DNA from: a virus
Lineage: Duplodnaviria; Caudoviricetes
Length of the DNA stretch: 64,000 nt
Virus record (IMG/VR): IMGVR_UViG_3300008259_003073
Direction: 5' to 3' (one strand)
Part shown: positions 58,613-64,000 of the stretch, piece by piece
Numbering within the stretch: the stretch's first letter is position 1
Layout: every line of letters starts with the position of its first letter
Notes under the pieces: model-generated
Told to the model about the DNA's origin: nothing
Seen by the model: the letters and a program-made list of their open reading frames with translations, nothing else
The model's database searches: none
Position numbers and translations under genes: made by a program

Positions 58613-58643
58613 TAAATATAAGAAAATTATTTCGTATTTACAA
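58613..58643 (-). promoter_or_regulatory. Bacteroidota-type -33/-7 promoter
   Basis: TTGT-N19-TATATTTA, 4 nt before the uvsE ATG. Confidence 0.55.
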
Positions 58644-58647
58644 GCGT

Positions 58648-59730
58648 TTAGTAAATTTTGATGTTTTCATCCTCTGTGCGGAATCTAGCTAAATCTCTAA
58701 CATTCCCTTTTTTAGTATTTAACCAATAATTTACCGCTTTTGGATTATTTATCCACAATTTACGATTATTCCATGGAAATTCTGGATGCATATACTCTTC
58801 CCATTTTAAATTCGGTAATTCTTCTTCTTCTTTAGGGGGATTTTCTACTATATCTTCATTTACCGTTGGTTTATCTTCCAATCCGTCGTTCAAAATTACA
58901 TCCCAATCATCATACAGACCATCTTTCTCATCTGCTTGTATGATTTCTTTAAGAAGTTCTCTTTGTTTTTCTTTATCACCGTATACTTCGTATTCTTTTT
59001 CTTTTTTATCAGAAATTAATCCGTTAAATGCGATAATTAGAGCAACTGCGAGTGGGTCAAAGACAATTACAATCAAAAATATGAAGAATTTTACTACATT
59101 TTTCAATTCTATATCAAATGCCTCTGCTACAAATCGAAATCCACCCACTTCTTTCTCTAAATCTAGGTTAGTAACCTTAATTTCGTTAATTTTTTCGGTT
59201 TCGGCTGCATTTTCTTCTTGTAAAATTGAAATTTTATCATTAATTTTACTGATTTCTTTATCTCTAGCATCAATTGAACGCAGTAAACGAGAATTTACCG
59301 TACCTCCATCGATAATTTTACCTTGATTAGTATTAAATTCACTAATTTGAGTAGAAAGTTGAGTGATTTGAGCAGTGTTTTGGTCAATTTTAGTTTGATG
59401 AACTTCAATTTCTCTATCTACCTGTTGTAACTGAAGAGATTGTGCCTGAAAAGCATTAGAAAGGTATCCGAAAATACCTGCAGAGGTGATTAACATAAGA
59501 ACTCCTACTGAAAGTGTAAGATACCATTTGTTAAATCCACCAATTACATCCCATTTTTGTTTTAAGTATGTTGCAGCAACTAATTTAGCTAACTCCAACG
59601 AAGATGCCATCACTATAACAGATGTAGATGCTCCTGCAAAAAGAACACCTAATCCAGTTACAGAGAAATAAGCAGCACATCCGGCTATAATAATAGCAGA
59701 TAACCCCACTAATACTTTTAGCCAATTCAT
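58648..59730 (-). CDS. Membrane protein with coiled coil and acidic tail
   Basis: Three N-terminal hydrophobic helices, coiled coil, a fourth helix. Confidence 0.6.
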   Translation of the reverse strand: MNWLKVLVGLSAIIIAGCAAYFSVTGLGVLFAGASTSVIVMASSLELAKLVAATYLKQKWDVIGGFNKWYLTLSVGVLMLITSAGIFGYLSNAFQAQSLQLQQVDREIEVHQTKIDQNTAQITQLSTQISEFNTNQGKIIDGGTVNSRLLRSIDARDKEISKINDKISILQEENAAETEKINEIKVTNLDLEKEVGGFRFVAEAFDIELKNVVKFFIFLIVIVFDPLAVALIIAFNGLISDKKEKEYEVYGDKEKQRELLKEIIQADEKDGLYDDWDVILNDGLEDKPTVNEDIVENPPKEEEELPNLKWEEYMHPEFPWNNRKLWINNPKAVNYWLNTKKGNVRDLARFRTEDENIKIY

Positions 59731-59731
59731 A

Positions 59732-59908
59732 TTATCGATTTATTCTGGATAATTCTGCTACGCGTTCTACTAACATTCTAGCATCTGCTAATGTAGCATG
59801 TGCTTCAGATGGTGATAAATGTTGTGCACCACTAATTCCATTCTGTAAAATTCTCAATTTACCATCAATGGCTTCCAATAGGTTTTTTATTTTTTCGTCG
59901 TATATCAT
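59732..59908 (-). CDS. Small hypothetical protein, 58 aa (not in ORF track)
   Basis: My translation: MIYDEKIKNLLEAIDGKLRILQNGISGAQHLSPSEAHATLADARMLVERVAELSRINR; stop 1 nt before next ATG. Confidence 0.7.
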   Translation of the reverse strand: MIYDEKIKNLLEAIDGKLRILQNGISGAQHLSPSEAHATLADARMLVERVAELSRINR

Positions 59909-59927
59909 AGTAATAAGTATTTTTAAA

Positions 59928-59959
59928 TAAAAAAAGGTGGTAAGTTTACCCTACCACCT
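59928..59959 (-). terminator. Rho-independent terminator after hsp20
   Basis: AGGTGGTA-N9-TACCACCT stem followed by a T-tract on the minus strand. Confidence 0.75.
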
Positions 59960-59983
59960 ATAAATATACAAAAAATAATTCAC

Positions 59984-60427
59984 TTAATCAACTTTAATTG
60001 AAATTGATTTTGATTTCCTTTCGTCTTTCTTATCAATTGTTAAAGTAAGTAACCCATTAGTGAATTTTGCCTCCGTTTTAGTTCCATCATAATCTTTGCC
60101 TACACTGAATGTGGAATCGATGTCCTGTACTAACGGAGAACTACCTTCTTGCTTTTTTGCTTTAATTGTTACCTTATCTTCGGTAACTTCTAATTTAATG
60201 TTTTTAACATCATGCCCTAATACATTAAATGTTAATTGTTGTTTACCATCCTCCAACTGCGTTACATCGTAATCTGCCGCAAATGTATTGTAATTAGTTG
60301 TGGTAGTGTACCAGTTTGGAGAATTAAATAAATTTACTAATTTTTTTAAATCTGAATTGTACATAGTTAATTTGTTTAAGTTTTTGAAATAATTTAAATT
60401 CATATTATCCAATACTATACCAACCAA
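59984..60427 (-). CDS. Small heat-shock protein (Hsp20); true start probably MYNSDL at 60364
   Basis: Alpha-crystallin domain: IKLEV..DKVTIKA, AKFTNGLLTLTI.K. Confidence 0.85.
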   Translation of the reverse strand: MVGIVLDNMNLNYFKNLNKLTMYNSDLKKLVNLFNSPNWYTTTTNYNTFAADYDVTQLEDGKQQLTFNVLGHDVKNIKLEVTEDKVTIKAKKQEGSSPLVQDIDSTFSVGKDYDGTKTEAKFTNGLLTLTIDKKDERKSKSISIKVD

Positions 60428-60434
60428 ATTAATA

Positions 60435-60479
60435 TGACAAAGTGTCAGTATTCTTTAATAAATATCTGACACAATGTCT
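60435..60479. promoter_or_regulatory. Paired TGACA-N3-TGTC palindromes upstream of hsp20
   Basis: TGACAaagTGTCA 60435-60447 and TGACAcaaTGTCT 60467-60479 flanking ATATTTATT (minus). Confidence 0.5.
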
Positions 60480-60482
60480 GTA

Positions 60483-61136
60483 TTATTTAGATTTATTGTA
60501 ATTTTGTCTTTCAATAACAGTACTCATATGGTCTGCCCAATGCATTATATACTGAATGTTTGATTTAAGATACTTGGATACATCAAATACTTTATAGTAT
60601 TTTACATTATCCTCATCATACATACCATCTGTAAGTTTAATACCAAAGTATTCATTTTCATTATACTGAATACCATACCTATTAAGTAAGAAGAAAGTTC
60701 TATCAGTAATAGCCATATACGAGTTCTTACTATTTCTAGTATAGACTTCACCTTTATTTTTTACATGCCAATCTGATTCATTAGGATGATAATGTAATTC
60801 TTCTTTGGTTCCTAACTTACCTAAATCATGATGTAGTGCTACAAAAATTAATTCTTCATCTGTAAAATCAGGTTCACCACCTTGTGATGTAAATAGATTT
60901 TTTACAGCAAGTGCATTCTTGCAAACATTAAAAATATGGTCGATATAACCACCTGGATATGCATTATGAAAATTTAAATTACCAGAAGCTGGTGAAATCA
61001 TAAGGTTACCACCTAATTCTGATTCAGAATACATATGAAGAAGTTTTTCTAATCTTTCACCTGTGAAGTACTTTTCTAGGATTTTGAGAAACTTTTCGTA
61101 ATTTGCTTTTAATTCTTGTTCTGTTTTTTGCTTCAT
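60483..61136 (-). CDS. HD-domain phosphohydrolase (YhaM-like)
   Basis: PAS..FHNAYPGGYIDH, ALHHDLGK, HWAD. Confidence 0.8.
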   Translation of the reverse strand: MKQKTEQELKANYEKFLKILEKYFTGERLEKLLHMYSESELGGNLMISPASGNLNFHNAYPGGYIDHIFNVCKNALAVKNLFTSQGGEPDFTDEELIFVALHHDLGKLGTKEELHYHPNESDWHVKNKGEVYTRNSKNSYMAITDRTFFLLNRYGIQYNENEYFGIKLTDGMYDEDNVKYYKVFDVSKYLKSNIQYIMHWADHMSTVIERQNYNKSK

Positions 61137-61174
61137 TTTCTTGAGTAGTAATGAGTTTAACTATTAATAATACC

Positions 61175-61182
61175 CAAACATA
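61175..61182 (-). promoter_or_regulatory. Bacteroidota -7 box
   Basis: TATGTTTG preceded by AAAATTTTTCG in the intergenic gap. Confidence 0.5.
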
Positions 61183-61209
61183 CGAAAAATTTTCAAATTT
61201 TCCTAGTCA

Positions 61210-61524
61210 TTACATAAAAAGTTTTTTCTTTGTTAGGATTTCATACAGAATTTCAACTTCTTCTTCAGTAGTTAATTCAGGTAAATCATCATCAAATAAT
61301 CGAACGGTGTAGATTGTGTTTCCGTTTTCATCAAAAAATTCATCAGATTCGGAACTGAATAATACTGGAGCAAATTCTATATTTTCTATATCATCTTCAT
61401 CTATATCTACCAATGGTATGACGTAATAATGGTAGGAATCTATACCATCTTCTACTTCTATTTTATGACACTTCCATCTATTGAAGCTATTTTCGGTTAT
61501 TGGATTCTGCGGTAATATAATCAT
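61210..61524 (-). CDS. Hypothetical acidic protein
   Basis: 104-aa ORF, no recognised motif. Confidence 0.6.
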   Translation of the reverse strand: MIILPQNPITENSFNRWKCHKIEVEDGIDSYHYYVIPLVDIDEDDIENIEFAPVLFSSESDEFFDENGNTIYTVRLFDDDLPELTTEEEVEILYEILTKKKLFM

Positions 61525-61542
61525 AATTAAAATTTTTACAAG

Positions 61543-61574
61543 TAAATATAGTAAAAAAATATGAATTTTACAAA
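61543..61574 (-). promoter_or_regulatory. Bacteroidota-type -33/-7 promoter
   Basis: TTTG-N20-TATATTTA. Confidence 0.55.
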
Positions 61575-61584
61575 TTACCGTTTC

Positions 61585-62235
61585 TTATAATAATTTTTTA
61601 CCATCTTCATTAAATAATGATGAGTATACATAATTAGCGAATTGTTTATGCCCAAGAAAACTTAAATGGTAATCTTCCATTTTACCTTTGGTAGCATCTT
61701 TTATATTCTGTGCGTGTGAATCCTCCCAAATAGTTTGTGTATAAAATTCAAAATATTTATAACATTTTATTATAGATTTTAAAAAATCATATCGTTTCTC
61801 GTGACGTTTACGATATACATCGTGTCCACTAAAGTAATATGAAAAATTAACAATAGTTTCATATTTTTCTTTATTTTCAATTGTGGTCTTATAACCAGTA
61901 TCGGATTTAATAACCTCACCACATACATTATAAAATTCATCTGGATTATGAGATGGTATATCAAATCTATATGAAAAAGTTTTATTAACAATTACAATAT
62001 CGTTTTCCGAAATTGAATGATAATTATCTATTATCTTATCAAATATATAATCGTTAGATGCTCCACATTTTCCTAAATTATTTAATTTATAACCTAATTT
62101 ATTAGCCAATATAACAGGCCAAATCAAATCATCATCTGATTTTTTATATTTTTTATAGTATTCATCTCCCTCATAATTTGGTACACACCCGTGTCCAAAG
62201 GTCATTGAATCACCAAAAGTCCAAAGTGTTGCCAT
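61585..62235 (-). CDS. SGNH/GDSL-like hydrolase or acyltransferase
   Basis: FGDSMT, NLGKCGASND, DYHLSFLGH. Confidence 0.7.
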   Translation of the reverse strand: MATLWTFGDSMTFGHGCVPNYEGDEYYKKYKKSDDDLIWPVILANKLGYKLNNLGKCGASNDYIFDKIIDNYHSISENDIVIVNKTFSYRFDIPSHNPDEFYNVCGEVIKSDTGYKTTIENKEKYETIVNFSYYFSGHDVYRKRHEKRYDFLKSIIKCYKYFEFYTQTIWEDSHAQNIKDATKGKMEDYHLSFLGHKQFANYVYSSLFNEDGKKLL

Positions 62236-62238
62236 TAT

Positions 62239-63288
62239 TTAAATTAAAGGTTTTTCAGTTGTATATAAATGATGAAAATTATGTATTACATTTGGAATAT
62301 TTTTAACTTTATCCAATTCTAACAAAAACGAATTATATTCAGCATGGTCTGGATTTGCTACATTTTTAATTTTAAATTCAGCTTCACTAAATGTACCCCA
62401 ATCAGAAATCACATTGGTTCTAATATCCCATTTTACTTTAGTTTCTCTTTTATCCATATATGATTTAATCATTTTATAAAAATCGTACATTTCTTTATAA
62501 TTAGTATCTTGCACTACAAATGAAAAAATATATTCTTTTATAGTTGGTATTTTTGTTATAAACTTTAAATTTTCATGCAACACATCCCAATTACCTCCAA
62601 TTCTAGTTTTAGTTTCGTATGTTTCTTTTGTAGCAGCATCTATTGAAATCTCACAAGTATTAACATAACGATGTATACCATTCATTTTCTCCCACATTTC
62701 AGGAGTCCATAATGAACCATTTGTATGTAAATGAATTGATTTTAATTTTTTAAATCTATTTGAATCCAATGTAATAAGAAACTGTCTGAATGATTTTGAG
62801 AAAAATGGGTCAGCTGAACCACTTAATACCAATCGTTCAACGAACGGTGATATTTCATCGTTAATTTCAGTTAGTTTTTTTTCTACGGATATTCGTTTAC
62901 TACCTTTATAATTTATTAATTCAACCCTACAAGATGGGCATTGAAAATTACAGCTTCTATCAAATGTAAAATTAATTATTTTAGGCCCCTTTGTTTTATG
63001 TAAATAATCAACATTTTCGGATGTATTGGGTATGAATTTAGAAGGTATTCTATTACTTTTAAAACTTGCTAAATATGGACACAAAAATTCATTACAGTAT
63101 TTGTAACTACCATCAGTTACACTATCTCTTATTTTTTCAGAAATTTCAGAATTAAAACTATCCAATATCCCTTTACCACTATTAATATCCGTACTTAACC
63201 AAGATGGACAACATAAAAATTGTTTATTATCTTCTACCTCTGTAAAGAAGAATGGAGTTGTGCATATATATTTTGATTTATCAATCAT
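62239..63288 (-). CDS. Radical SAM protein, paralog of 556..1683
   Basis: CNFQCPSC; CTTPF..CCPSW; DGSYKYC; SIDAATKETYE. Confidence 0.85.
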   Translation of the reverse strand: MIDKSKYICTTPFFFTEVEDNKQFLCCPSWLSTDINSGKGILDSFNSEISEKIRDSVTDGSYKYCNEFLCPYLASFKSNRIPSKFIPNTSENVDYLHKTKGPKIINFTFDRSCNFQCPSCRVELINYKGSKRISVEKKLTEINDEISPFVERLVLSGSADPFFSKSFRQFLITLDSNRFKKLKSIHLHTNGSLWTPEMWEKMNGIHRYVNTCEISIDAATKETYETKTRIGGNWDVLHENLKFITKIPTIKEYIFSFVVQDTNYKEMYDFYKMIKSYMDKRETKVKWDIRTNVISDWGTFSEAEFKIKNVANPDHAEYNSFLLELDKVKNIPNVIHNFHHLYTTEKPLI

Positions 63289-63767
63289 ACTAATTTATTC
63301 TTTAATAAATCTTTACTTAAAAATGCAATTAGAGACCATCGTTCACCACTAGTAACCTCTGTTACTTCGTGTAATCTACTACCATAAAAGGTATAGATAT
63401 TTCCGGCAATTTTAGGTACAATAAATTTTGGATTATAGCAAATGAGTTCTCCTCCTTGATAATCATCATTTAAACAAGCACCTATGTTATATAAACTATG
63501 TTTATCAATATGAGGTTCAAATTTATTTCCCTTTTGTACATTTTGTAAATGAATCACATTGAGTGGTTTATTCAATGTGATGTTTGTATTCATTTTAAGA
63601 TAGTTTAACAATCGTTCAAATATCCATTCAGTTATTTCATTTCTTTCTATATGCCAAGCAAAATAAATAGTTTCATTACTTTCCCACCATTCATTTGATA
63701 AATGTTTTTGAAATAAATTTGATAATGATATTATTTCGTTACATTCTTCTTTTGTAAAGTTTATCAT
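63285..63767 (-). CDS. 2OG-Fe(II) oxygenase
   Basis: PHID, LNDDYQGGEL, LHEV..VTSGERWS. Confidence 0.85.
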   Translation of the reverse strand: MINFTKEECNEIISLSNLFQKHLSNEWWESNETIYFAWHIERNEITEWIFERLLNYLKMNTNITLNKPLNVIHLQNVQKGNKFEPHIDKHSLYNIGACLNDDYQGGELICYNPKFIVPKIAGNIYTFYGSRLHEVTEVTSGERWSLIAFLSKDLLKNKLV

Positions 63768-63803
63768 TATAAAAATTATTTTTTTATTAAGTCAATCAGA
63801 ACA

Positions 63804-64000
63804 CTATATTAGTGATTTATTTAATGCGAAATTATCAATTGATAACCAAAAAACAATACTATATCGTATACCATCTTTAATTTTATTAACACTATGTTCG
63901 ATAGATGAATCAAACATTATAACATTTCCAATTTCTTTTGAAGATACTATTGTATCATCATTGTGAAAAATACATAATTCACCACCATCATAATCGGTTT
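63804..64000 (-). CDS. 2OG-Fe(II) oxygenase, C-terminal part (runs off window; not in ORF track)
   Basis: My translation: ...DYDGGEL..GNVIMFDSSIEHSVNKIKDGIRYSIVFWL..NKSLI*. Confidence 0.75.
   Translation of the reverse strand, partial: TDYDGGELCIFHNDDTIVSSKEIGNVIMFDSSIEHSVNKIKDGIRYSIVFWLSIDNFALNKSLI

Noticed and set aside
60365-60427. N-terminal extension MVGIVLDNMNLNYFKNLNKLT on Hsp20
   Set aside because: Looks like A-rich leader sequence; the ATG at 60364 has the typical upstream context
1265-61991. Plus-strand ORFs of 60-170 aa in the ORF track (e.g. 25601..26044, 26429..26932, 45409..45810, 58940..59326)
   Set aside because: All are antisense shadows of long motif-bearing minus-strand genes and show no recognisable motifs
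1-64000. Stop-codon reassignment, as in some large phages
   Set aside because: Genes are intact and tightly packed under the standard code; TAA, TGA (ATGA overlaps) and TAG (63804) all end genes
1-64000. CRISPR array, tRNA/rRNA, integrase, transposase, intron or intein, reverse transcriptase/DGR
   Set aside because: No spacer-repeat pattern, cloverleaf or matching motifs seen; the repeats found are in-frame parts of the tail fibre. A manual read could miss a tRNA, but intergenic gaps are very short

Overview
A gene-dense, AT-rich (roughly 27-30% GC by eye) segment of a large contractile-tailed dsDNA phage genome, with almost every gene on the minus strand. The host is probably a Bacteroidota: there are no Shine-Dalgarno sites, and TTG-N19/20-TAnnTTT(G/A) promoters occur. 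In transcription order (right to left): (1) 61.2-64 kb, a small modification island (2OG-Fe(II) oxygenases, radical SAM, SGNH). (2) 53.9-61.1 kb, auxiliary and regulatory genes (HD-domain protein, small heat-shock protein, UvsE, nucleotidyltransferase + DUF2061, peptide deformylase, gp55-like sigma factor, carbamoyltransferase). (3) 36.2-53.8 kb, baseplate/virion genes. (4) 30.9-36.2 kb, DNA metabolism (T7 endonuclease I-like resolvase, primase, Mre11-Rad50 fusion). (5) 25.4-30.6 kb, a 1746-aa tail fibre with a C-terminal S74 chaperone. (6) 0-24.7 kb, directly downstream, a glycan-building island: nucleotide-sugar enzymes including a split ThDP enzyme, three GT7 proteins with a lectin (LamG) domain inserted in the catalytic fold, three GT10-like proteins, GT2, GT-B, a candidate split ribofuranosyltransferase, a methyltransferase, SGNH proteins and radical SAM enzymes. 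None of these island proteins looks membrane-bound. The best candidate for a new system is a cytoplasmic, phage-encoded virion-glycosylation pathway making branched-chain and ribofuranose-containing glycans. Other signals: no GATC found on a manual read, a shared C-terminal K-x(0,1)-L-[ILV] ending on four consecutive enzymes, an ATATTTATA late-promoter candidate, and one plus-strand RHH gene missed by the ORF track. Family assignments come from motifs read by eye, not database searches.
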